From: an uncultured virus (IMG/VR IMGVR_UViG_3300028394_000058)
Taxonomy: Duplodnaviria; Heunggongvirae; Uroviricota; Caudoviricetes
DNA length: 27,956 bases
IMG/VR virus record: IMGVR_UViG_3300028394_000058
Direction: 5' to 3' (one strand)
The notes beneath the pieces were generated by a model. The model did not search any database. It had not been told where the DNA came from and saw only the letters and a program-made list of their open reading frames with translations. Of this stretch, positions 17,346 through 25,571 are shown piece after piece (position 1 is the stretch's first letter; each line of letters opens with the position of its first letter). A program made the position numbers and the translations under genes.

Positions 17346-19277
17346 TTAAAGTACTGTGTAGTAACGAATTTCGACTTCGTTACTCTGAGCAATATCAAAG
17401 GCATTGCCTGTGGTATAGCCTTGGCCAGTAAAGTTAATGCTTGTACTAATAACCTGTTCCGTAGCAATACTAGGAATGGTTAGCACTGCGGCGCTAACAT
17501 CTAGTTCAACACGAATTGGGTTTGAAGAACCGCCAATTGCAACAATCATTTCATAAGCAGGGTTAACATCAGTCAAGCTTTGTGTTAACATATCGCTTAG
17601 CAATGTTGCTGTACTATTAGGAACTGCAACTGTACCAGTACGCAAGTAGGCATTTAGTGTACCAGTAATACTACGTGTACCAGTAAAGTACGTAATAGGT
17701 TGGTTAACAATACCCAAGTTAGCTGGCGTCAAGTAGGTGATATTATTACTAATAACCATCTGACCGCCGGTTAGGGCTACTGAATAAACTGTACCAGTAC
17801 CATTGATACCACCCTTAACGCTCATAGTGCTTAATTTATTAGCAATATAAGGTGCTAAGTAGTTTTTGCCTTTGGCTGTACCGGTCAAACCGCTACCAAA
17901 ATTAACTGTTGTACCAGCACTAGCTGTTAAACCAGGCAGTTGACGTAGTTTAGTACCTTTTCCTGCCCAAGCAATTGTAGCAATTGCATCAAGACCAAAG
18001 TCAATTGTAGCACTGTCTAGCGCACAATTATCGATAATAAAGCTGCTAGAGTCTAGTACAATAATTACACCAAACTTTTGTAGTTGGTGAGCCTGTGAGT
18101 AGTCAGCTACTAGTTTAGAATACTGATAACCATCAGTCCAACCTGCTGTTGCACCACCAATACTAGTTGTGCTCATTAGGGCATTCCACAGTACGGCTTC
18201 TTCAGCAGTAACAAGATTAACACCAGTATTAATTACAACACCTGTACCAGCCGTATAAGTTACCTTAAACGTACTAGCAGTTTGAGCAAGACTACCAACA
18301 CCATCAAAAGTTAGTCGCGTAGCACCTTCATAAATGCTAATACCTGCGCTAGCATTAGTAAAATCAATGTCTGTAAATGCTGAACCGCCTGCAGATGGTA
18401 CGATTTTATTTAGACTACTTGTAGCAACAACAATCGCACCAGCACCAGTAGCAACAGTTTGTACAACAGGAACTGTAATTTCGTCAACAAGTGTACTTGC
18501 TGCTACACCATTAACTGTACCAGTTACAGTACAACGATAAGTATTTGTTGCAGCACCAGTAGCAAGACCAGCTGTATATTCTACACCACCACTATTGATT
18601 ACATAACTACTGGTGTTAGCACCAGTAATATTTGTAAAACTACCTGTACTACCAGCTTGAATAGCCCACTGATAAGTAGGAGTAATAATATTATTTACAT
18701 TAGTAGTAAGTGTTGGAAATGTTCCTGGAAGTGCACCAGTTGTAGCTGCTTTAGTAACTACTGTAGGTGCGTTTGTAATTGTAAAATAACTAGCAACATT
18801 AGATGCCCCGCTTGTAATAACATTAGCATTTGCAGTAGCGCCGCGGCTTAGTGTATAGTTAAGTACTTTTGTTGCAGGTGTGCTAACATTAGCTGCACTA
18901 TCTTTTACACTAAATGCAAGTGTAACGTTTGCAACGTTTGCCGACATACTTGTGGGTGTTGGAACTGTAAGAACCCCAGCGTTAAAACCACCGGCGGTAG
19001 TAGTGCTAGAGTCAGCAGGACGAATATAAGTACTAAATGTAAAATCTACTGGATCAAGTGCCGTGTTAAAACTACGTTGACCGCGAACAGGTGTTGCACC
19101 AGCTTCATTTAGAGTAACCACATCAGCCGTTGTATTTTGACTAAAGCTGAAGCCATCTAGAACTTGGATTTCATATGTATTGCTTGATGTGAATCCGCTG
19201 GAGGCTACCACCCCGCTCGATGCATCCACATTAGTCGTGAAGAACATCCGACTATTACGAATTAAATTAAATGACAT
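17346..19277 (-). CDS. Major tail tube protein, T5 pb6-like, with a large internal insertion (643 aa)
   Basis: Motifs NLIRNSRMF, SFSQ..T..VTLNEAG..PVRG.RSFN.AL.P...FSTYIRP, IDFGLDAIATIAWAG and NNITYLTPANLG...TG.RSITGTLNAYL match my recollection of T5 pb6. RBS AAGGA upstream. Confidence 0.88.
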   Translation of the reverse strand: MSFNLIRNSRMFFTTNVDASSGVVASSGFTSSNTYEIQVLDGFSFSQNTTADVVTLNEAGATPVRGQRSFNTALDPVDFTFSTYIRPADSSTTTAGGFNAGVLTVPTPTSMSANVANVTLAFSVKDSAANVSTPATKVLNYTLSRGATANANVITSGASNVASYFTITNAPTVVTKAATTGALPGTFPTLTTNVNNIITPTYQWAIQAGSTGSFTNITGANTSSYVINSGGVEYTAGLATGAATNTYRCTVTGTVNGVAASTLVDEITVPVVQTVATGAGAIVVATSSLNKIVPSAGGSAFTDIDFTNASAGISIYEGATRLTFDGVGSLAQTASTFKVTYTAGTGVVINTGVNLVTAEEAVLWNALMSTTSIGGATAGWTDGYQYSKLVADYSQAHQLQKFGVIIVLDSSSFIIDNCALDSATIDFGLDAIATIAWAGKGTKLRQLPGLTASAGTTVNFGSGLTGTAKGKNYLAPYIANKLSTMSVKGGINGTGTVYSVALTGGQMVISNNITYLTPANLGIVNQPITYFTGTRSITGTLNAYLRTGTVAVPNSTATLLSDMLTQSLTDVNPAYEMIVAIGGSSNPIRVELDVSAAVLTIPSIATEQVISTSINFTGQGYTTGNAFDIAQSNEVEIRYYTVL

Positions 19278-19354
19278 CTCTCATTCCTTTTTATTTAATG
19301 CCTAAGTGCATTAACTAGACTTTTATCTGTTGCTAGCACTATCCGCATGGTTGC

Positions 19355-19792
19355 TTACATAATCTGATAACGGACTTGTAAGGTAATTTCTCCAACTGCA
19401 TAAGGTGCTAAGAGCCCCTCATCAGTTATAATTGACTGAATTAAGATATCAGTCGTTTCATATCCGGTTGCAGTATTATAGACTAATCTGTTATTAGCAT
19501 CAATACAGGTTTCAACATCTTCTAACAATTTTTCTAGCTGTTCACTGCTGGTTTCGCCGTGACAGTAAACTCTAATGCACAGTGTTAAAAATCCCCACTT
19601 AAAGTCAGCAGGATGATACTCTCGGATTTCGTTAGTAGGTGTAACAAATATACTTGGAAAGTCTTTTACCTCATCCCAAAACTTTAGTTTAGCGTAACAA
19701 TTCTTAAACATATTAACTTGATAAGGTGCTTGACCATTAATCTTGTTAAGTTGTTGAACAAGGGCTTTTACAATACTAGTTCGCTTACTCAT
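19355..19792 (-). CDS. Tail terminator / tube completion protein (T5 p142-like, 145 aa)
   Basis: Motifs MSKRTSIVKAL, KFWDEVKDFP, EQLEKLLEDVETCID and TDEGLLAPYAVGEI; immediately upstream of the tube gene. Confidence 0.82.
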   Translation of the reverse strand: MSKRTSIVKALVQQLNKINGQAPYQVNMFKNCYAKLKFWDEVKDFPSIFVTPTNEIREYHPADFKWGFLTLCIRVYCHGETSSEQLEKLLEDVETCIDANNRLVYNTATGYETTDILIQSIITDEGLLAPYAVGEITLQVRYQIM

Positions 19793-21270
19793 ACATTCAC
19801 CGCCCTTAACCTATTCTTTATGTTTTCTGCTGCAATATCCCTGATTGATTTAGCTATCAACAGTTTAGGGTCTCTGCTCCTAGGATTTTCCTGAGCACCA
19901 CCAGTACTAAAAGTTCCGTAGGGATTACGCATATAGCTATAAAAAGCAGTAATCATACCTTGCTTGCTTTCAGTTAATCGTTGAATTTTTGCACTGTCTG
20001 CAAATCTACCGGTTCTGTAATTTAATACACTGGTACTTGAGCCTGTGCCCATATTTTTAACAATAGCTTCTCGTAATTTACCATTGAATAGTGCAAGCAA
20101 TGAAGTTAAATCTGTAGCTGCTTGCATAGGCGCAGCTTGAATAACTGTGGGCTTATTAGATGCTTGATCTATGTCACTAAGTACTTTTTTAAGTTTTGAA
20201 ATTTTAGCTTTATTATTACTTTTAAGTACTTTAGTAGATTTTCTAGCTACTTCAGCAGTTTGACCAGTATAAGTTTTTTTCTTACTTTTACCAGTTTGAA
20301 TAATATCAGTTAAATTATCAGCAAGCATTTGAATAAAACTAGGCGACCCTTCTGTTTGTAATAATGCTTGTCCTAGTGTAGGTGAGTTTTTTATAACTGC
20401 TTCTGCATCTTCTGTTTTTAGTGTAAACAGATCTTTAATTTCTTCAAGTATATTAGCACTTACTGATCCAGAAAGCTGATTTTCTACACCAAATTGAAAT
20501 TCTACTAAATATTTACCATAACTGTCTTTGACATAATTAGCATAGATAGTTTGATCAATTTGTTTTAAGTTACTAGTAAGAATATCATCTGCTTCGAGTT
20601 TAGCAATATATGCTTTTAAAGCTGCCTTTAAAGCTTCTTTTTGATTGGTTGATAAGCCTTCAACTTTGTCAATATCTTCTCTGGTTTTTTTCAACAGGTT
20701 AGTTGCTACACTAATCACATGACCTTTATTAACGTAGTAACCAAAAGTACCATGTCTATCAGCTTCTTTTTTAATATCATCTAATTGAGACTGAGGTACT
20801 TTGCCTTTACCATATTGCGACTCTAATTCTGCTAAACGTGCTTCATACTCTCGCAATGTAGCATTTGCATATGCGGCTTTAACATTATCATCTTCGAATA
20901 CTTCTTGGAATTTAGTACTAATAGTATCGAAACCAATAGATTCAAAAAATATTGCTTGTTCACCAGTTCCAATATTAATAACTTGTCCAGCAGATTCTCT
21001 ACGTTTTACTGGATTAGTTATTTTTTCATTTTCTTCTTGCAAGGCATTAAAAATTTCACCTAATGTACCAACATCTATTTCTTTACCAGTTATTCGTTCA
21101 TAGATTTGTCTAATCTGTGTTTGCGTAACATAAAAACTAGTTTTTCCTGCAGTTTGTTCTTTTTTACGCAACTCTTTACTGCTTTGAATAAGAATATTAT
21201 CTTTTAGTTTAGATAACCATGTTCTATAAGCAGCGCTTTGAATAGCTGCTGTAAAATCTTTAATACTCAT
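19789..21270 (-). CDS. Tail completion protein (T5 p143-like C-terminus) with a long N-terminal region (493 aa)
   Basis: C-terminal LNYRTGRFADS...YMRNPYGTF...RDPKLLIAKSIRDIA motifs and syntenic position between the p144-like and p142-like genes. Confidence 0.72.
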   Translation of the reverse strand: MSIKDFTAAIQSAAYRTWLSKLKDNILIQSSKELRKKEQTAGKTSFYVTQTQIRQIYERITGKEIDVGTLGEIFNALQEENEKITNPVKRRESAGQVINIGTGEQAIFFESIGFDTISTKFQEVFEDDNVKAAYANATLREYEARLAELESQYGKGKVPQSQLDDIKKEADRHGTFGYYVNKGHVISVATNLLKKTREDIDKVEGLSTNQKEALKAALKAYIAKLEADDILTSNLKQIDQTIYANYVKDSYGKYLVEFQFGVENQLSGSVSANILEEIKDLFTLKTEDAEAVIKNSPTLGQALLQTEGSPSFIQMLADNLTDIIQTGKSKKKTYTGQTAEVARKSTKVLKSNNKAKISKLKKVLSDIDQASNKPTVIQAAPMQAATDLTSLLALFNGKLREAIVKNMGTGSSTSVLNYRTGRFADSAKIQRLTESKQGMITAFYSYMRNPYGTFSTGGAQENPRSRDPKLLIAKSIRDIAAENIKNRLRAVNV

Positions 21271-21854
21271 GTGTAATCAGCCTTGTACAAGTCTAGCACA
21301 CGTCGAATATGAGCAGGTAATGTTGTGGTTGAAATATATTCAATCTGTACGCTATTAGTGCCTGGTGCTTTTGTACTGTGAATACTAGCGTCATTTTGAC
21401 GGTAGTAGGTAACTAAATCCATGATAGCTAGTGCAATGTCGCTAGGTACGTCGTCATATCCTGCACGATAAGTAACGCGATATCCGCGAATATATTTAAT
21501 AAATCCTTGTGAGCCAATAGACAAAACTTCATCACCGTCTTGTACCCAGTCTACATACTGTGTTAGTGCTGTATACGTTTGACCATAGTTTGTGCTAAGG
21601 GCAAGTTCGCTAACCGCAATAACCGGGCTTTCTTGCAAAATAAATTTACTTAGACCAGCACCACTATAACTAGTCTCGCCGTTAAAGTACTCAATCTTGT
21701 CTACGTCAACATAGTCTACAAAAGTTTTATTGCAATATTTTTTTACTAGTTCACTTACGCGGGGAATTAGTCCAGCAATTTCTCTGTCGTAATTAGTACT
21801 CTTAATTCCGGCATAAGTTTTATATTCAGCTAATGTAATTAAATTTAATGCCAT
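21267..21854 (-). CDS. Head completion / head-tail adaptor protein (T5 p144-like, 195 aa)
   Basis: Motifs LITLAEYKTY.GI, VTYRAGY..VP.DI.LA and LPAHIRRVLDLYK; first gene after the capsid gene. Confidence 0.85.
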   Translation of the reverse strand: MALNLITLAEYKTYAGIKSTNYDREIAGLIPRVSELVKKYCNKTFVDYVDVDKIEYFNGETSYSGAGLSKFILQESPVIAVSELALSTNYGQTYTALTQYVDWVQDGDEVLSIGSQGFIKYIRGYRVTYRAGYDDVPSDIALAIMDLVTYYRQNDASIHSTKAPGTNSVQIEYISTTTLPAHIRRVLDLYKADYT

Positions 21855-21896
21855 GTTTTTCCCCTGTGTCTTTTACATAGACTCCGCAAAGCCCAT

Positions 21897-21926
21897 GTAA
21901 AAGACAGGTCTCGAAAGACCTGTCTT
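21897..21926 (-). terminator. Terminator-like hairpin after the major capsid gene
   Basis: Minus strand aagacaggtct-TTCG-agacctgtctt followed by a short T run (TTTT in total). Confidence 0.75.
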
Positions 21927-21941
21927 AGATTGATTAAAAAA

Positions 21942-23933
21942 TCAATTAACAACCAAACGTGCAACACCAGGACCGTAATTGCTTGTGACTTGCACAAAAC
22001 CAGTACGTAGGCTAGCAACCATAACACGACGTTGTGTTTCAACTAGCTCTTGCGTATCAATACGCAAGCCACGCTGATTACCAACGATAAAGTTACCAGG
22101 AGCTAGAACAACACCTGCTGTAGAGTTAAAAGTAGTACCAGCTGTAGTCGTAGTACCATCCAGCTCGCCAGAAACTAGAACTGGGCTATTACCGATCTGG
22201 CCAATTTGACCAGTTAGCAATGTAGCTGATGGACCAACTTGGTTCATTGTCTGGAAGACTGGATCGTCTAGCAAGTTGTAGTAAGTTGCAGTATTAACAA
22301 CATAAACCACATCTGCAGGATCAAGACCCCAAACACCAAGCTGCTTACGCATAGCGCGTAGGGTAGCAACGTTAGCACCTGTAGTTAGGTTAGCGTTAGT
22401 TGTGTATGCGGTTGAGCTGCTTGGGAAAGCCAACAACGACAAACCACTAATTGGATCGCCTGTACCACCAGCACCACGTAGCAGAGCTTTGTCAACTGCG
22501 CGAGCAACACGACGAATCATGCCATCACGAATTACAGGCATAATAGCAATAAGACTATCTTCCTCTTCTTCGTAAGCGGTGTACTCATTCGTAGCCACTT
22601 TGTACGAATTAAGAGCAATATCTTTAAGTGCATGAACGATTGTATTACCAGCACTAGCACCTGCGCTAGCTGCCGAGACGTTAGCAGGATATGCACCAAA
22701 GCTGCTGTTGTCAATCCACTGAGCAGTACCTGCTTCTGGATTAACTGGAATACGCATGACATTTGTCTGCATCTGGATCGTGCGGAATAGTGGTGCAACC
22801 ACTAGACGGCGGCGAACCTCAGCTTCCATGTTTAGGCTAACTTCAAGTTCCCAAGTATTTCCGGGTAGGTGAGGACCTTGACCCGAACCAGCGTACTTTT
22901 CAATCATTTCACGACCAAACTTGGTGTCCCCAATACCCTTGTTTGACATTTTGGCTAACATAACGGCTTTTTCTTTGTCGCTATAAGCCATTTCGTTTTT
23001 GCCATCCAAGAACTGCATACGCGATTTCTGAATAGCTTCTAGTTCTTGAGCTTTCTCTTTAAGAGCCGACTCTAGACCAGCAATAGCGCTCTTTTGAGCT
23101 TCTTGTTCAGCAGCAAAACGCTTCTCAACTTCAGCTAGTAGACGCTCAGCGCCTGTATCTACTGTTTGGATGCTTGCAACGGCTGCTTTGACTTTAGCGT
23201 CTAGTTCAGCAGTAGCTTTTTCAGCCAAAGCTTTTTCAGCCAAAGCTTTTTCTTGAGCATCGGTAAATTGTTTAGCTGCTAGTTTAGCAGCTTTATCGGC
23301 AGCCTCGGCCACCAGTTTTTCAATATCTTTAGGATCCATGTTCCATTCCTTTGTAGTGTCGCTATTTGCTTCCACAGGGGACTCTAGCCCTTTAGCTGAT
23401 TCCAACTTGGGCGCAAATTGCAGTTTGAAAAATTTAAGTTCTTCGTCGGTTTTAAACGATTTAGACAAACTAAATAGTGTATTTTGATTTGCAGGTACGG
23501 ACACTACTGAAATCTCATGTAGTTCCAGGTCTTTAACAACAAACAGCTCTTCAGCTGCATTATATTCCGCATCAGCGATACGAAAACCAATACTAAAAGC
23601 AGTAAGTACACCGTCTTTGATAAGATTGAACACTTCGCCTGCGGCTGCAGAAATTCGTGCTTTAATCCACAAACCCTTACTGTCAATTCTATGATCAACC
23701 ATCCTACCAACAGGCTCACTGTGATCGTGATAAGCTAAAATTACTGGATTTTTCAAGTAATTTTGCATACCTTTTTTCCACACTGTGGCTGGTACAATAT
23801 CACCTTGACGATCTGTATCTACAGTACTTGCGTAACCTTCGATCATAATCGAATCAATGCTCATATCTTTGGTAGGTAGATCACTTTTAGTAAAAGTACT
23901 CGTTAGTGTAAGTACTTTATTTTTATCTACCAT
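21942..23933 (-). CDS. Prohead protease-scaffold-major capsid protein fusion (HK97 fold, 663 aa)
   Basis: Residues 1-170 are an HK97-type protease (IEGYAST...DRQGD, YHDH..PVG, FSIGF, EISVVSVPANQ). Residues from about 199 form an Ala/Glu/Lys coiled-coil delta domain, then a T5 pb8-like capsid domain (RRRLVVAPLF, EEEEDSLIAIMP, TLLTGQIGQI). There is no stop codon between the parts. Confidence 0.92.
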   Translation of the reverse strand: MVDKNKVLTLTSTFTKSDLPTKDMSIDSIMIEGYASTVDTDRQGDIVPATVWKKGMQNYLKNPVILAYHDHSEPVGRMVDHRIDSKGLWIKARISAAAGEVFNLIKDGVLTAFSIGFRIADAEYNAAEELFVVKDLELHEISVVSVPANQNTLFSLSKSFKTDEELKFFKLQFAPKLESAKGLESPVEANSDTTKEWNMDPKDIEKLVAEAADKAAKLAAKQFTDAQEKALAEKALAEKATAELDAKVKAAVASIQTVDTGAERLLAEVEKRFAAEQEAQKSAIAGLESALKEKAQELEAIQKSRMQFLDGKNEMAYSDKEKAVMLAKMSNKGIGDTKFGREMIEKYAGSGQGPHLPGNTWELEVSLNMEAEVRRRLVVAPLFRTIQMQTNVMRIPVNPEAGTAQWIDNSSFGAYPANVSAASAGASAGNTIVHALKDIALNSYKVATNEYTAYEEEEDSLIAIMPVIRDGMIRRVARAVDKALLRGAGGTGDPISGLSLLAFPSSSTAYTTNANLTTGANVATLRAMRKQLGVWGLDPADVVYVVNTATYYNLLDDPVFQTMNQVGPSATLLTGQIGQIGNSPVLVSGELDGTTTTAGTTFNSTAGVVLAPGNFIVGNQRGLRIDTQELVETQRRVMVASLRTGFVQVTSNYGPGVARLVVN
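23214..23252. repeat. 15-bp tandem repeat (about 2.6 copies) in the capsid scaffold domain
   Basis: agctttttcagccaa twice plus agctttttc, encoding EKALAEKALAEKA. Confidence 0.85.
23337..23351 (-). promoter_or_regulatory. Internal ribosome binding site and ATG (Met199) at the protease/capsid junction
   Basis: AAGGAATGGAAC-ATG closely matches the tail tube start context AAGGAATGAGAG-ATG. Confidence 0.7.
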
Positions 23934-23945
23934 ATGTTCTCCCCG

Positions 23946-25133
23946 TTATTCTTTAGGGTCTGTGGCGGGACGACCGCCTTGTGCTGGATTTACAGCACTA
24001 CCAGCAATATTAGCAGGAACACGTAATTCATCCTGCCCATCCATTGTCTGATACCGCAATTCTTGCCTAGCTTCGTTTGGTGTAATAATGCCGCCGTTAA
24101 CTAGTGATACGTGGTAACTAGCTATGTCTTTTAATTCTGGTTGCAGGGCGCTTACACTTGCGGTAATTGCTTCAACATCATAGCCAAAGAATCGTTCCAG
24201 CGAACTGGTGTATTTACGAATAATTGGCATTATAGTTTCTAGGTAAAATAAGCGCAAGTTTGGCGAAATATTAGCATTATTCCCACCGTCTACTAGTAGT
24301 GGCGGAACACCCACACATTGCATAATTAATTCGTTGTGTGTTTTTATACCTTGATCAAAATCCATGTCTTTGAAATTTTGATTGCTAATCTGATGTGGCT
24401 TTAAGCCAGAATCTAGAATTAGTGGACGTTTGCCGCCGCTTTTAGTGCTATAGCGTTGAAGCCAGTATTGAATAGTTTTTTCTTTAGCTACTTGTGAAAG
24501 TGTATTTTCACTGGTAAGTACTAAACCAAATACTGCACCATTGTCAAAAAATTGTTCTTGAAACTGATGCATACTTTGTAACACGTTAATACTATTTTGT
24601 GCAGCCTCTAGCCTACTAGCACCGCGATAAATACTGCGCGAACTTAAATCACGGAAATGAAATACTTCTTTTTCTGGAAATACAATATAACCGTTGTATC
24701 TGTAACCACTAATAAAAGTCTTAGTGTCAGTTAAAATTTCTACATACTCTGCTGGTAGGTGGTACATAAATGTACCGTCAAAATGTACGAATACATTACC
24801 TTCCAACAACAAGTCTGTAAAAATTGCTTGACGAAATTCTTGTGCACTTTGATAAGGATTAGGTCTAAAATTCAGCAGTGTGTTTAACTGCTTTTGCCTA
24901 ACACCCGCTACTGTGCCTTCATAGAGCTTGTCTTTAATATCGTAGTCTAGTGAGCTGCATGCGCTTACTACCATATTTACACTACGATTTACGCTCTGTA
25001 GTTGCTGAAAGGCTTGCTTATACAACAATTTGCTGGTTGTATTAACGTGTGTACCTTCCTGCTGTGCAATTCGTTCTTGTGCAGGATTCAATTTTTCACG
25101 AATCCACTGCACGCTATTTGTAATTAAGCCCAT
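23946..25133 (-). CDS. Portal protein (HK97 family, T5 pb7-like, 395 aa)
   Basis: Motifs WIREKLNPAQ, LLNFRPNPYQ, DLLLEGN, GVPPLLVDGGNNANISPN and GGIITPNEARQEL. Confidence 0.93.
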   Translation of the reverse strand: MGLITNSVQWIREKLNPAQERIAQQEGTHVNTTSKLLYKQAFQQLQSVNRSVNMVVSACSSLDYDIKDKLYEGTVAGVRQKQLNTLLNFRPNPYQSAQEFRQAIFTDLLLEGNVFVHFDGTFMYHLPAEYVEILTDTKTFISGYRYNGYIVFPEKEVFHFRDLSSRSIYRGASRLEAAQNSINVLQSMHQFQEQFFDNGAVFGLVLTSENTLSQVAKEKTIQYWLQRYSTKSGGKRPLILDSGLKPHQISNQNFKDMDFDQGIKTHNELIMQCVGVPPLLVDGGNNANISPNLRLFYLETIMPIIRKYTSSLERFFGYDVEAITASVSALQPELKDIASYHVSLVNGGIITPNEARQELRYQTMDGQDELRVPANIAGSAVNPAQGGRPATDPKE

Positions 25134-25142
25134 AAGTTTTTC

Positions 25143-25571
25143 CTAACAAAATTCGCTAAAGAAACTTCCGTAGCTTTGCTTAGGAATCTCACCAATACCC
25201 TGTAATTTTTGGCGCTGAATTTCAATCCAACGCTGTTGCTTGGGTTCGCTGCCAGGCTGAGGAGTTTTACCATAAACACCGTGAAGCGCTACATGATGAG
25301 GATTACATAGGGTGTAAACCTGCTCATACAACTCTTGACGATGGCTATCAATAAACTCATCCCTAACAGCTAAAATTCCCTCATCAGTTGAAATATCGTA
25401 CCCTTGCTTCTGTGCCCAACGCTCTAGCAAAAGTGTTACGCTGTGAAGATGGTGTAGTTCCAAGTCTTGATTAGTTTTACAGATATAGCAGTGATCTTGC
25501 TTTTCGTAAGCTGACTTGGCCTTATCTCTAACGTGTTTAACGGGTATACGTTTGTTTGTGTTTTTTGCCAT
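25143..25571 (-). CDS. HNH endonuclease, packaging-associated or T5 nicking endonuclease-like (142 aa)
   Basis: CYIC....LELHH...TLC..HH..LH..YG Zn-finger/HNH pattern, in the same terL-portal interval as the T5 nicking nuclease. Confidence 0.82.
   Translation of the reverse strand: MAKNTNKRIPVKHVRDKAKSAYEKQDHCYICKTNQDLELHHLHSVTLLLERWAQKQGYDISTDEGILAVRDEFIDSHRQELYEQVYTLCNPHHVALHGVYGKTPQPGSEPKQQRWIEIQRQKLQGIGEIPKQSYGSFFSEFC

Noticed and set aside
21845..23719. Minus-strand alternative-frame ORFs 21845..22042, 22532..22798 and 23504..23719
   Set aside because: They are nested in the capsid gene or span its terminator, with no convincing RBS or protein features.
64..24051. The short plus-strand ORFs in the track (e.g. 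64..339, 433..687, 11219..11572, 18459..18851, 20801..21103)
   Set aside because: All lie antisense to well-supported minus-strand genes, lack recognisable motifs, and have the composition expected of shadow frames.
25143..25571. HNH as a mobile homing endonuclease or intron-encoded ORF
   Set aside because: The flanking genes are intact and uninterrupted, and the position matches the conserved T5-type packaging-region nuclease.
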